A stretch of 60,332 nucleotides of DNA from Paraspadella gotoi. Taxonomy: Eukaryota > Animalia > Chaetognatha. This document shows positions 1 through 13,639 of the stretch, one piece after another (the stretch's first letter is position 1; the number at the start of each line of letters is the position of its first letter). Under the pieces are notes generated by a model. That model saw only the letters and a program-made list of their open reading frames with translations, had not been told where the DNA came from and ran no database searches. Location: the NCBI GenBank assembly GCA_051294375.1, contig CM119267.1, positions 23,398,284-23,458,615 on the forward strand, in the 5' to 3' direction. The position numbers and the translations under genes were made by a program.

Positions 1-127
1 AATGGGACAAGTTTACACTTAGATGTAAGTCTTTATCAGCACAAAAAAAATATTAGATATGATATAAAAAAGATTAAGTTGTAGACATTGTATTGGCTCT
101 TTCTTTTTGTTGTTTGTGTAACTTTAA

Positions 128-482
128 GGAGAGTAACGAAAAATTCGTTTGAACAACAATTTATTATGTTTTATAAGGACAAAATGAGCTCTTTCTTACC
201 TTACCATTTCACTTACTCACTTACTGCTTATTCTTCTTTTTCACTTTCCTTATTTCAAATTTCAAACTCAGTTAACATCTAACTTATTAATTATTGTTAT
301 ACTTTTAGTTTATTCTCTAATTTTATCATTGTTGTACATTGCCTATCAATTGCCTATCAATTGCCTATCAATACATTAGGCAATGCCTAATGTATTNNNN
401 NNNNNNCTCAAAAAACAGAGTCGAAACATGTCTTTAAAAAACATAATAAATTGTTGTTCAAACGAATTTTTCGTTACTCTCC
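128..482. mobile_element. MITE-like non-autonomous DNA transposon with ~45-bp TIRs and TTAA target duplication (Kolobok-like termini)
   Basis: TTAA (124-127) then GGAGAGTAACGAAAAATTCGTTTGAACAACAATTTATTATGTTTT; the exact reverse complement ends at 482 and is followed by TTAA (483-486). TTAA TSD with purine-purine termini fits Kolobok; Harbinger (TAA TSD) is not excluded. Contains a 10-N gap. Confidence 0.7.
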
Positions 483-2488
483 TTAAAAATAATAAAAATC
501 AGGAAAAGTCCTTTTAAATCTCGATCTCCAGCCTTCAATTCACGATCCTGTTTTTCTTTTTTCTTTTTTTCAAATCAAAAGTTTCAATTAAATTGCTCTG
601 TGTCCCTCTCTTTCTCTCTCTCTTTCTCTCTTCTCTCTCCTCTCTCTACTTTTCCGGTTTTTTCCATTTTCTCATTTAAAAATTTATTCTTTTTTGACAT
701 TCTTCTTTTTTCTTTCTTTTTTCACCGTTACGGGGTAAAGGAACGCTATCGTGAAGGGTTACTGATGAAACTGAGGAATCAGAGAGGCATTAATGACATC
801 GATGACATAATTCATCACAACGTAGTCGGTGATAAAGTAAAGATTTTTTATTTTGTAAAATTAATCAAAGAAGCAAAGGTATTCTAGGACAACAAGCCGA
901 TGAGCCAAAAAACGGGATGACCTAATGACCTTAGGAGCCAATAAGCCAAAGACCAACGAAGCCCATGAGCCAATAATCCTTGAAGTCAATAAATGAAATC
1001 AGCCTATGAGCCTAGTAAGCACTAAGCAAATAAGCCAAAGATCAATGAAACCCATAATCAATAATCCAGGAAGTCAATAGATGAATAAATGACTTGAGAA
1101 AGAGGAGCCAATATGCCAATGAATCAATGACCCAATTGGCCATTGAGCCGATCGACCAATCGTATGCCTTCTGCTTATCTTATCCGAGTTCATTTTTATC
1201 ATTCTTTGGAATTTTAATTTCGGAGTCATTCCGAGTCATTCTCAGATTTCTCCAGGATCTAATTATACCTCGAGACTAGAGCCTTTCCTAAAAATTTTCC
1301 TGTCATTCTTTTAGAGCCCGAGGCTAAAAGAAAACTTGAGTCTTGAAAACGAGATAAAGAAAAAAATAAAACTTGTGTAAAAAAGAAAGAAAAGCTAGAA
1401 AATAAGAAAATTTGTAAAATAGGTAAGTCAGGTAAGTCAGGTAAGTCTGGTAAGTCTGAGAGTGAATAAACGAGACTGTGAGAGAGTCTTGAGTGAAAGC
1501 TTGCAGGTCCTGCTAATATCATTATTTTGTAAGATTGGTGGAAGCCTTCAACCACCAAGCCTGTCCAAAGTCAGGGGCAACATAGCTTATTTATTAAATG
1601 AATGGATAATCTTATATTAGTAGTAACAATTTAGTAGTAGTACATAGAAACTAACTAAGGTTAAAATAAACTGAGGTTAAAACATTGAGGTCAACTAACG
1701 AAATAATCCTTGAGAATAGAAAATTTGTATACAAATAACATTTCAATCAAATACCTGCACTCAATTAAGTATTATCATTATCTTTTCAAAAATGACGTTA
1801 ATCTTCGAGCACAATTGACAAAAAAATAAAAGAAAAATTGTGAGAATTAATAAGAAATCAAAATAATTATCCTTCTTTAAATTTTCTCTTTCTTATTCCT
1901 TCTGATTGATATTTCATCCCAAAATTAAATTAACCGGTTTTACCTGTTTAAAGTCATTTAACTTTCCTTACCAGATTTTCTCTCTAGGAGAGTTTCATCA
2001 TACCAGTTTCTGCATTGTCAAGAGATTTTGCTGATAAAAAAAATTTTCTCTTTAATATTTTTATCGAGGTAGGTAGTGAATTAATTTTGAATGTGAAATT
2101 TAAATGATAATAATATATCAATATTAATAATAGTAATAATATTAATATTGATAATAATAATCATAATAATAATAATAATAATAATAATAATTAAGATAAT
2201 AAAATAATATCATGATGATAATAATAATAATAAATAGTAATAATAAAAAATAAGAATCGAAATAATAATATTACTAAAATTTAGAATGATAATTATCATA
2301 TTAATTCTATTTATAATTATCATGTTAGATCGAGATTTATTTAAACCGTTTCAACGTTGTTTTTTTTTTTTGCTTTCTTTTTGTCAAAAAATGAACGCAA
2401 CCTAAAAACCTTAATGATGATTAAAACTTTAACAGACCAAAGTTGCCGCCGCTGCAGCAGCTCCTCCGCCGCAACCGCCGCTGCCACC

Positions 2489-2656
2489 ATGCCTTCCACT
2501 GAAGACCCTTACGAAACTCCGGAGAAAAGGCCAAGCGGCAATTCGAACGCTGGGACAATCGGGACAATACTCTTTGTCCTTGTATGTGTCGTCGGCGTGA
2601 TTGTCGTTGTCCTCTTGCTCATCTTCCTCTCAGTTCGAGTCGACGAATTAGACAAG
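2489..2656 (+). CDS. Exon 1 of a type II membrane protein (short cytoplasmic tail plus TM helix)
   Basis: GCCACCATG Kozak context at 2489; MPSTEDPYETPEKRPSGNSNAG followed by hydrophobic TIGTILFVLVCVVGVIVVVLLLIFLSV. Donor AAG|GTGAGG at 2656/2657 (alternative TGG|GTGAGG at 2677/2678). Both donors are phase 0, matching the acceptor at 2867. Confidence 0.75.
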
Positions 2657-2867
2657 GTGAGGCGATTGGAATCCTGGGTGAGGTTTGACATCTTTTGGGA
2701 TGCCTTACTGACTCTTACTTTTGACTGAAGCGACAATTCATATAAAAAAGAACCTTGACACTCCTGAAATAGTAAGTATTAGTCTTTGGTATATATTTTA
2801 AACTTTATTTTAAGCAAAACATATAAAATCAAAAATCGAAGAAACTCCGCCATTCGTTTTTGCTCAG

Positions 2868-4605
2868 AGATTGGGAAAACTTCACGGTGATGCCGATGGT
2901 GATTTCAAGGGCACAAACCTGGATGGAATTACTGGTAAAATTGAAGAAGCCGAAACTGAAATTAAGGCCGAAGTTAAAAAAATCTTGGACGAGGTGCTGG
3001 CCGATATGAGCCTCGTCAAAGAACATTTAACCAACAAATCTACTGCACTTAATCGAGAATTGATAAAAGAAACGGATAAAATTGACTCTAATGTCCAAAG
3101 TTTGAGCGAAAAAGTTGGAATTGAAACGAATGAAATCGATGGAAAAGTGGGCCAAATTCGCTCGTTCGTCGATAACAAAACGGAGGAAATCCAGACGGGT
3201 GTGAAGGGATTGAAGACTGTCGTCATTGAAGAAACAAACGAGTTGGATGAATCATCGCGAAAGTTAAATGAGACGATTCTAAAATCCACAGAAAGATTGG
3301 ACATGACGGTTTTGGTCACTGGTCAAGATACGTTGAGAGAACTGAATTTTATTGAGAGCGCGGTGAAGAATTTGACATTAAAAGTTGATAACGAAACAGT
3401 CGAAATAGACAATGATTTGGTTGGATTAAATGCTTCAGTTGCGAAGGAAACGAAAGAAATTGACGATGCCATTTTCAATCTGGATTCGAAATTCGTGAAC
3501 GAAATGAAAAAAGTGGAGGAATCTCTCGTTACCGTCAATGATACGATCGGCGAAAGATCGAATAAAATGGATTCGAAATTATCCACAGTTCAACGAGATA
3601 TTGTGGAGAGAGCGAATACGTTAGGAGATAGCCTCAGCCAAATGGTCACAAAATTAGACAATGAAACTTTGGAAATAGATGGTAAAGTGAAGGAATTCGG
3701 GACGTCGCTTCTGCAGGAAACGACAGAAATTGACAAGGTTGTTTCAAAGTTGGATAACGACACTTCTATATCTTCTCGGCAAATTCAAGAGAAACTCGGC
3801 TCTATTGATTCAAGCTTGAATTCAAAAACTGAAAATATAACAAAGTTGGGTTGAGATCTCGAAGGCAAGGTTCTGTCAGATGCCAACGAAACTTTATTTT
3901 CTTTGAGGTCGTTGAAAGATAAAGTAGATTTGACAAATTTGAACAACGATTTACTGAGTATAAATGAAACAATAGGAAAGGAAACCAAGCAAATCGATGA
4001 TAATATCGTCAAATTGAATAGCAAAGTCGTCAATCAAACTGACAAAATAAACAAAGGGATGTTGGATTTAGCTTCTAACTTTAGCGGCGAGACTTCACAA
4101 TTGCTTCTCTCTATTCGTGTGAGACAGTCGGTCACCATCCGGCTCTCAAAAATAGACGAGTCTGTGACCAGGCAAAGAAGCTGATCAAATGGAACGCTGA
4201 CAACGGAAAACGACTTTGCGACGCTGACTGAAAAATAACCAACGAAACGAATGAAATCGATGTTAAAGTCGCCAACTTGAAGACAAACTTGGGAATCGAT
4301 AACGAATAATTTGAACAAATCTATTCAAGATTTAGTCGGAAAGTTGGACGGAGGAAACGACAACTCGAATCTTTTGAAAAATGCGTCTGAGATTTTAAAC
4401 GGAGGAGCGATTCTATGAAGAATTAATAAGATAAAGATAAGAAATGAAACGAATGAAATAGAGACGAATCTCGATGGAATCTCTTCAATTGTCTCTTCTC
4501 AATCAACAAAGACTCTAAATGCTATTTCTCAATTATCTGGGAACGTTTCGCAGAACCAGGAGTTTAAAAACTCGTTTGATCGCGAAATCGTGAGGATGCA
4601 TCAAG
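2868..4605 (+). pseudogene. Exon 2: long extracellular coiled-coil stalk with 18-aa repeats, disrupted as assembled
   Basis: Acceptor TTTTTGCTCAG|AGA at 2867/2868. Repeats ETDKID, ETNEID, KTEEIQ, ETNELD recur every 18 aa, with many N-x-S/T sequons. In-frame TGA at 3852-3854, after which the same frame continues. Frameshifts at about 4100-4440: ETNEID at 4244 is in a shifted frame and ETNEIE at 4446 is back in the original frame. Donor CAAG|GTAAGT at 4605/4606, phase 1. Confidence 0.7.
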
Positions 4606-5441
4606 GTAAGTTGTTCGAATTTTGAGATTCTTTACTCAAGAAAAGTCATAATTGATAAAAAAAAAAAAGTCTAAATATCCCGTTACGTTCGCGCGTGACA
4701 CTCACACAGAAAAGCTTACCATTTCTTATTGGTTGAATATTTTTTCCCCATCCTATAGCTAATTTTATAAAGTTAATTTAATATTTTTTATGTGAAATTT
4801 TTTTATTTAACAGTTAAAAACTGTTTTTCTTAAAAAAAAAGAAAAACATTAAAAATTAGTTAATTAAGATTATTAAAATTGAGATATACCATTAAATGAA
4901 GCATTAACATTCTTAAGAAAAAGGGTCACTCAAATCAAGATTCAGAAAGCTGAGCTCCTGGCGATTCCGAAAATGTATTCACTTTAAACATTTGATGCAT
5001 TCTACGCCATTTTATATCGGTTTTAATTATAATATAAAATAAAAGAAACCTATCTGAATTTTTTATTACTGAATTAGAAAAATGTAATAGAGAGACATTT
5101 TTAAATTTCAACTTGTATCCTTGAAAATGAAACAATTTAAACTTTAATGTCTCTCTATTACATTTTTACAAATGTTTTTAAGATTAAAAAAAAATGATTT
5201 AAAACCGAATGTTTACATATAAATAAAAACCTATTTTTTGTGATTACTGATGACTATAATGTATTTCTCAATGTATTACTATTAGCTCTAATAAATCAAT
5301 GATTACGCATTGTTATGGTGAATGACCCTTCCTCTTAAGGACGAATTACCTTAAAAAATTATAAATTTAAAAATAATTAAAAAGTTATTACCCAAAAATT
5401 ATAAATTTTAGATACGCCATGGTTTGGAATTCCTCATTATA

Positions 5442-6376
5442 CAGACCCGACTCTATAATTCACTTTGTCGGTCCGTTGGTCCGTCCCCTAAAACTTGTTA
5501 GTCATTAACTTATTTCATGTCAAAACATCGAATTATGATAAATTATGCAAAAAAAAATGATGTCCGTCCATCTGTCCGTCCATCCGTCTGTCTGTCCGTC
5601 CGTACCACCTTAGAAAAAACTCCAATTACTCATGATTGGATGGATGGATTGGAATGAAATTTTGTATGTGGGTAGGAAAGGGTGCGATTGTGCTGGATAT
5701 AAAGGTTCGATGGAATCATGTTAGAGGAAATGAGTTTAAATGGAAAAAACTCAAGTCACATTTACTACACATAAATACTCTAATTAATCATAATTGGATG
5801 GACAGATTGAGATGGAATATTGTGTGTGGGTGAAAAAGTGTGTGATTCAGCAGGATACAAAGTTTCAATGATATTGTATGAGCGGAATGGAAAGTCAAAT
5901 TGACTTAAATTTTTTTATTGATGTTTACTCAAAAATGTTTTAATTATGAAAAATTGGATATATGAATCAAGATGAAATTTTGTATGTTGGTAGAAAAGTG
6001 TGTGATTAAGCTAAATAATAAGTTTCGATGGAATAGTGCGAGCAGAAATGGAAAAAAGCAAAGTAACATTAACTTGTTGTTGTTTTATGTTTCTCTCTCT
6101 CTTTCTTTCTCTCTGATAGATTGATTTATTGATTGATTGATTTCCATGGCATCAGAAAATTCTTAACATCGCATCCATAAATTCTTAATTGCAATAATGA
6201 ATGATTATGATTATGAATGATTGACTTTGATCGTATCAATAAATTACTATTTAACATCACAACTTATTTATGGAAAATACTCCCTTATTTTTCATTTAAA
6301 GAAAGAAAGACATCTGATTAGCTGCTTACCGCTAAATTTTAGTGGGCAGATCCGATATTGTTTGCTTAAACTTGTT
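5442..6376 (+). mobile_element. HINE-like (Helentron-associated non-autonomous) repeat, family A
   Basis: 5' motif CAGACCCGACTCTATAATTCACTTTGTCGGTCCG, (GTCY)n microsatellite, internal repeats, 3' GCAGATCCGA followed by a short GTTTG..AAAC hairpin and TTGTT. Same ends recur many times in the window. Confidence 0.6.
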
Positions 6377-6800
6377 TTATTGTAATTAAAAACATGCTAT
6401 AATTTTAATTATAATTAATTTATTTAATTTAATTTAATTAATTTAATTATAATTTTACTAAGTTAGACAAAAAAATTAAACTTAGAATAGTAAATAAATA
6501 AAACATGAAATAAAACAAAATGAAATAAACACAAAAGTTTTCAGTAGTTTTTCAACTAATGATGTACTAATAAATTATCTTTATTAAAAGTATAATAAAG
6601 AATTAAAGATTTTTTCAATGTCACTGTCGAACGGACACCTAGGACTTTGACTACTTTCACTGTGTGAGAATATTTTTTAAAAACTTGGAAGAATGTATGA
6701 AGGTCGTGTTTTGGTACAAGGGTATGAAGGCCCCATAACCTGTGTAAAAGTTTTCAAAATACTATCACCATTCAATTTTAAATTTAATTATTTCATTCAG

Positions 6801-6916
6801 GAGACAATGTCTTGCTGCTGATCAGAGCCGGTTCTGGACTCGACATTCTGGAGCAACTAAATAGCAATGCGAGCTTATCCGCGTGGGATAAGTACTATTC
6901 AATTTCGAACCACAAA
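6801..6916 (+). CDS. Putative exon 3 of the type II membrane gene (start of a globular head domain)
   Basis: Acceptor TTTCATTCAG at 6800; phase-1 join gives GDNVLLLIRAGSGLDILEQLNSNASLSAWDKYYSISNHK with no stop; donor AAA|GTGAAA at 6916/6917, phase 0. GC-richer than its flanks. Confidence 0.6.
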
Positions 6917-7978
6917 GTGAAAAGAATCTTTTAATTTTTAATCGGATTTGCTTATAATTCACTTTGTCGGTCCGTCGGTACGCCCCCTCAATCTTGTCGG
7001 GCATTAACTTAAATCATGTCAGAACATCAAATTATGATAAATTATGGGAAAAAAATTATGTCCGTCCGTCTGTCCCACCTTAGCAAAAAACTCCAATTGC
7101 TCGTGATTGGATGAATGGATCGGAATGAAATTTTGTGTGTGGGTAGGAAAGTGTGTGATTGTTTGTATGGAATCGATTGAGTGGAAATGAGTTTAAATGG
7201 AAAAAACAAAAAAACTGTTTCTCTTATTGATTATGCTTTTTTTTATATTAAATGTAAATACAGGATGTATTAATCAAGTAATTAATCCGTTAATTAATAA
7301 ATTAGTCAATTAATTATTCAATAATTAATTAATTATAAATTAATTATTCAATCAATCAATTTATCTATTAATTAATTATTTAATCAATCAATTAGTTTAT
7401 CAATTAATTAATTATTTAATCAATCAATAAAAGAATCAATCAAGTCAATCGTTATCGGCATTATTGTCGTCGTCGCCATCATCGTCGTCGTTTCTTTTGT
7501 CGTGGTCAGTGACGAAAAGACCTCATGAAAGATTTTGTGACCTCGCGTCCGGTCATTTTTTCCTGGTCATATAGTTGACCTTTTCAGACCAGTTTTTTCA
7601 CCGTTCTAGTCGCTTTCTTGTAACTTTCTTTTAGCCGAAAACCTCGTCACTTGTTATTTGATCATAATCGTTTCTCTGGAAAAGATCGGCTGTATGGAAC
7701 CGTAGTTTTTACGGAATCCAAGGATTTTCTACATGAACTTATTGTACTACATTATTTCTCCATTTATATACCTCTACAATAAATAAACTTATTCACGATT
7801 TATTCGACATTTACGTCAGATTTAGAAAACCTTGCTCCATGTTAAAGCCAGTTTAACCTACAGCCGACGAATCAAACACGCAAAACATTTTCTATAGTAA
7901 AAACTACGTTAACCGTCTCGTGGACTCGCCGTTCATCACAAATTAATTTTGTTTCTCTTTCAGATTTAAAAAAAAAAA

Positions 7979-8215
7979 TATTATGGTGGACTAAAATCCA
8001 CCAACCGTTCATCAGCGGCCATTGGTGCCGGAGGCAAGTCATTCGCCTCCCAACCCAAAGGTCCGGGGTTCTAGCCCGGTGGTCGTCTGGCAGTTAAGAG
8101 GGAAGGGTCGCTTAACCCGCCTGTAACATGGTGTTACAGCCTGATCCGAAGCTCAGGGACTGCTTATATTGAACAGTTCTGAAATTAACACATAACGATT
8201 ATCACTGTCTCTTCA
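7979..8215 (+). mobile_element. Solo LTR of the tRNA-containing TRIM family
   Basis: Colinear with the LTRs at 14685-14886 and 15067-15259; ends CTGTCTCTTCA; tRNA-like segment at 8015-8086. Confidence 0.75.
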
Positions 8216-8348
8216 ATATATTTATATATTTTTGCTTTATTCTTAACTAATCATTTTTTTTCTTTCTTTAAATATAAAATCTCGCGAATCGACATCAAAA
8301 AATCGAAAAAATGATTTCCGAATTCGGAGTTCTCTCACATGCAATTAG

Positions 8349-8741
8349 CCTTCACCGGATCCTTCATTATCGGCTCCACGACCGATTCCGTTTCCAAGGA
8401 CGTCGCTGAATCCAACAAACAATTTCAACCGGCAGCAAAAGATCGAGTGTGTCTTTTGTGGAGAAAACCACATTTCATCTTCCTGCCCCGAATATCGTAA
8501 TTTATAAAGTGAAGATAGAAAATCGGTCGCGGAACAAAAAGATCTCTGCGTACGATGTCTTTGTCCAGGACACGAGTCCAAAGACTGTCGAACTGAGCGC
8601 CGTTGTCGGGCTTGCGACGGCCTTCATCATACATCTCTTTGCGAGGCCTTCATGGACGAACAAAGCTTCCGGGAAAGTCCGGATTATGCGAAGTGGACGA
8701 CGACGACTGATCAAATTTCAGGTGAAAACGTGCAAAATTAA
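8349..8741 (+). pseudogene. BEL/Pao Gag fragment with three zinc knuckles
   Basis: Frame not in the ORF track: CVFCGENHISSSC...(TAA 8505-8507)...CVRCLCPGHESKDC...CRACDGLHHTSLC, the triple CCHC pattern typical of BEL/Pao Gag. Confidence 0.85.
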
Positions 8742-8837
8742 ATGTTTCATCCTCCTTAACATATATTTAAAAAAAAGGTAAATTCCATTGATTATTTTCG
8801 AGTTATTATTTTCACTTGGTTGAATGAATTCTGTCTA

Positions 8838-9058
8838 CCATGCACGCGCCTCTATTTTGTAGTAGCAGGGAGCTTATGCCCCATCGCTATTCAAGGCAGT
8901 GACCACCATGCACAAGCCTTTATATTTTAGTAGCAGGGAGCTTATGCCCCATCGCTACACAAGGCAGTGACCGCCATGCACAAGCCTTTCTTTTTCAGTA
9001 GCAGTGTGGACTAGTGCCATCACTACTTAAGGCAGTGACCCCTATGCACATGCCTTTT
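8838..9058. repeat. Minisatellite, ~68-bp unit, about 3.3 copies
   Basis: CCATGCAC(A/G)..GCC...AGTAGCAG...CCATC(G/A)CTA...AAGGCAGTGACC repeated three times plus a partial copy. Confidence 0.8.
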
Positions 9059-9210
9059 ATATATGTGTTTTATTCGTTTACAACAATTAGTTGAAACAGT
9101 ACATTCAAAAGGGCATACAGCATTACAGATAAACGCATAAATTGTACAGTTTACAATTCAACAAAATATAAATATTTAAATTAACAGAACGAAAAAGAAA
9201 AAAACAAATC

Positions 9211-9975
9211 TTAAAAGCATAAGGATCGAGCCGCTTTCGATAGTAGTCCAGGCCTCTATTATGTTTTAGGGTTGCTTCTTTGTGACGTCGTCGTCGTCGT
9301 CCGTCACGCTGTTTTTTTGTATAAAAAACTACTACGCTTTTATAGGTTTGGCTGGGACTTACCGGTTTTTTTAAATAAAAATTATTATGAATTATGATAA
9401 AGTTTTACAAAAGTGTGCGATCATAGTAAGTTAAAAATTTAGATATGGCTTTTCATCTTGAAATAGCTGTGATATTTTTCATATTACATTTGGATTTAAG
9501 TATTTTTTTGTTTGAATTTCCTCTTCATTATGATTTACTGCAATATGCAAATGAGATTAAAGTACTCATTATAATGTCCAAATTAGTATATGAGAAATGC
9601 TTTAATCTAATTTACATATTGCAGTATATAATATTGAAGATGAAATTGCAAAAAATTTTTTTTAAAATATAATAAAAAATGGGAACTCAAAATATCTTTT
9701 TAATGAGAAGCTATATCTAATTTTAATACAAATAAAAATAAAATCTTTTACAAGCTTGCGATTGGGAAAAAAAAAATTTGGAAAAAAATTTTCCAATTGT
9801 AAACAATTGTAACATATTTTTGCCTTTCTTTTATTTCTTTAAATTATTTTCTTTTTTAGAAAAAACGAGTTCAGTCTCTGCAGTGACTGTACAGCGGCCT
9901 TCCAGCAGCTGTCCAGCTTTGTTTCTCTCTGTCTGTTCTCTCTCTGTCTGTCTCTTCTCTGTCTCTCTCTGTCTG

Positions 9976-10007
<32 letters not shown>

Positions 10008-12096
10008 GTACGATTTCTTGCGTGATCGTTCGTTTTTTGAAAAATTATGATTATTTTTTTCCTTCTAAAAACTTTTATTATCACCATTATCCCAAATTTA
10101 CATCTGAGATTTTCGTGGATTTATTTGAAGAATAACTCATACGTCAGAAATTTTACGCTTCTCTCCATCTCTCTCCGTCTCTAACATGATTGTTATTAAA
10201 GAAAAAAAAATATAATAAGCAAATAGCATATTTAATACAGATTTACATTGCCAGAGGAAATCTTTTCATACTCTGTCCAATGTTGTTGATCGAAAAACCT
10301 TAAATTTTTTTTCACAATTTGAATATGCCGGATTGTATGCTATATGCCGATCATTTTTTTACTGCCTATTTTTGCCGGTTTATGGTTTAACTACCAAACA
10401 ATGTATCTATTTATCAAGTTCATTAGTGAGGGCAGTGATGAAGTTGAAATGTGTGTCCATTTTCTTTGTTTCATATCGATTCAAGTATTTTTTGTTTTAA
10501 TTTCCACTTCATTATAATTTACTGCAATATGCTAATTAGATTATAGTACTTACTGCAATATCAAATTAGTATATAGTAACTATATTTTAATTTGGCGACG
10601 AGTAAACGAGTTCCGCCTATGTCAATGGGGTGGGTCAGAAGTTTGATTTGGGAACCTTTCCAAATGAAACTTCATACATTTCTGAGAAAACTTTCAATGG
10701 AGCAAAATTTTCTAAAATGGCTAGAAGCATTAGTAATTAATTTTTTAATATTTATTTATAGATAGGAAATGTCAAAACAATTTTTTTGAATATTTTATTT
10801 TTAAAAGCGGATTCAAATAGCTTATAAAAAGTTATCTACACAAAGTATAATTCTTTTTTAATATTTTGATGATAAGTGGGTTAAAATTGAGAAAAACCTT
10901 AAAAAATCATCATCATCATCATCATCGATGATTTTAGCAGTTTTTACTAATTTTTAGTAATAAAACATCAAAATTTTAAAAAAGTTGTAATTATATTTTT
11001 GCTTAACTTTTTAAGCTCTATCAGAATCAATTAAAAAAACTTAAAATATCAAAAAAAATTTTTAACATTATATAGCAATATAATAATATTAATTAGCGAA
11101 TTACTCATGGTTCGGAACATTTTTGCAAAAAAATATTTTAACACAATAATTAATACCAATAATGGATTAGTTTAATGCTGTTCCCATTATAATTAGAATT
11201 TGGTCGGCTCCCGCTATGCAGCGTCTGTTCAGCTTCTTTTCTCTTCTCTCTCTCTCCTCTCTCTCTCTCTCTTTTACGATCTCTTGCGTGATNNNNNNNN
11301 NNNNNNNNNNNNNNNNNACAAAAACTGTAAAATAATTAAGGTTTTTATCGAGCCTTGACCGGCGAAGCCGGGTCAGGCTCTATTATGTTTTAGGGTTGCT
11401 TCTTTGTGACGTCGTCGTCGTCGTCCGTCACGCTGTTTTTTTGTATAAAAAACTACTACGCTTTTATAGGTTTGGCTGGGACTTACCGGTTTTTTTTTAA
11501 ATAAAAATTATTATGAATTATGATAAAGTTTTACAAAAGTGTGCGATCATAGTAAGTTAAAAATTTAGATATGGCTTTTCATCTTGAAATAGCTGTGATT
11601 TTTCATATTACATTTGGATTTAAGTATTTTTTGTTTGAATTTCCTCTTCATTATGATTTACTGCAATATGCAAATGAGATTAAAGTACTCATTATAATGT
11701 CCAAATTAGTATATAGAAATGCTTTAATCTAATTTACATATTGCAGTATATAATATTGAAGATGAAATTGCAAAAATTTTTTTTAAAAATATAATAAAAA
11801 TGGGAACTCAAAATATCTTTTTAATGAGAAGCTATATCTTAATTTTAATACAAATAAAAATAAAATCTTTTACAAGCTGCGATTGGAAAAAATTGGAAAA
11901 AATTTCCAATTGTAAACAATTGTAACATATTTTTGCCTTTCTTTTATTTCTTTAAATTATTTTCTTTTTTAGAAAAAACGAGTTCAGTCTCTGCAGTGAC
12001 TGTACAGCGGCCTTCCAGCAGCTGTCCAGCTTTGTTTCTCTCTCTGTCTCTCTCTGTCTGTCTCTCTCTCTCTGTCTCTCTCTGTCTGCTCTCTCT

Positions 12097-12138
<42 letters not shown>

Positions 12139-13363
12139 CGATTTCTTGCGTGATCGTTCGTTTTTTGAAAAATTATGATTATTTTTTTCCTTCTAAAAAC
12201 TTTTATTATCACCATTATCCCAAATTTACATCTGAGATTTTCGTGGATTTATTTGAAGAATAACTCATACGTCAGAAATTTTACGCTTCTCTCCATCTCT
12301 CTCCGTCTCTAACATGATTGTTATTAAAGAAAAAAAAATATAATAAGCAAATAGCATATTTAATACAGATTTACATTGCCAGAGGAAATCTTTTCATACT
12401 CTGTCCAATGTTGTTGATCGAAAAACCTTAAATTTTTTTTCACAATTTGAATATGCCGGATTGTATGCTATATGCCGATCATTTTTTTACTGCCTATTTT
12501 TGCCGGTTTATGGTTTAACTACCAAACAATGTATCTATTTATCAAGTTTCATTAGTGAGGCAGTGATGAAGTTGAAATGTGTGTCCATTTTCTTTGTTTC
12601 ATATCGATTCAAGTATTTTTTGTTTTAATTTCCACTTCATTATAATTTACTGCAATATGCTAATTAGATTATAGTACTTACTGCAATATCAAATTAGTAT
12701 ATAGTAAACTATATTTTAATTTGGCGACGAGTAAACGAGTTCCGCCTATGTCAATGGGGTGGGTCAGAAGTTTGATTTGGGAACCTTTCCAAATGAAACT
12801 TCATACATTTCTGAGAAAACTTTCAATGGAGCAAAATTTTCTAAAATGGCTAGAAGCATTAGTAATTAATTTTTTAATATTTATTTATAGATAGGAAATG
12901 TCAAAACAATTTTTTTGAATATTTTATTTTTAAAAGCGGATTCAAATAGCTTATAAAAAGTTATCTACACAAAGTATAATTCTTTTTTCAATATTTTGAT
13001 GATAAGTGGGTTAAAATTGAGAAAAACCTTAAAAAATCATCATCATCATCATCATCGATGATTTTAGCAGTTTTTACTAATTTTTAGTAATAAAACATCA
13101 AAATTTTAAAAAGTTGTAATTATATTTTTGCTTAACTTTTTAAGCTCTATCAGAATCAATTAAAAAAACTTAAAATATCAAAAAAAATTTTTAACATTAT
13201 ATAGCAATATAATAATATTAATTAGCGAATTACTCATGGTTCGGAACATTTTTGCAAAAAAATATTTTAACACAATAATTAATACCAATAATGGATTAGT
13301 TTAATGCTGTTCCCATTATAATTAGAATTTGGTCGGCTCCCGCTATGCAGCGTCTGTTCAGCT

Positions 13364-13402
<39 letters not shown>

Positions 13403-13602
13403 ACGATCTCTTGCGTGATCGTTCGTTTTTTTGAAAAATTCTGAGTAAACAATGTCAAGGAACATGCCTAATAACGCGATAACGCGATATTATTATTATT
13501 ATTTGGAAGTCAAAAATATCATAGTAGTTAACTGAGTATTTTCAACTATATATTTGTTAATAGGGATTATAATTTTTCAATGTACAAAAAATTTCTTATA
13601 TG

Positions 13603-13639
<37 letters not shown>

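Noticed and set aside
3852-3854. In-frame TGA as selenocysteine or programmed readthrough
   Set aside because: It lies in a coiled-coil stalk and is followed by frameshifts; mutation or consensus error is simpler.
8015-8086. Functional tRNA-Gly gene
   Set aside because: D and anticodon stems do not pair well, no T-run terminator follows, and it is part of a repeated LTR.
8838-9058. Repeat-spacer-like look of the 68-bp array
   Set aside because: Whole units are homologous, so it is a minisatellite rather than a CRISPR array.
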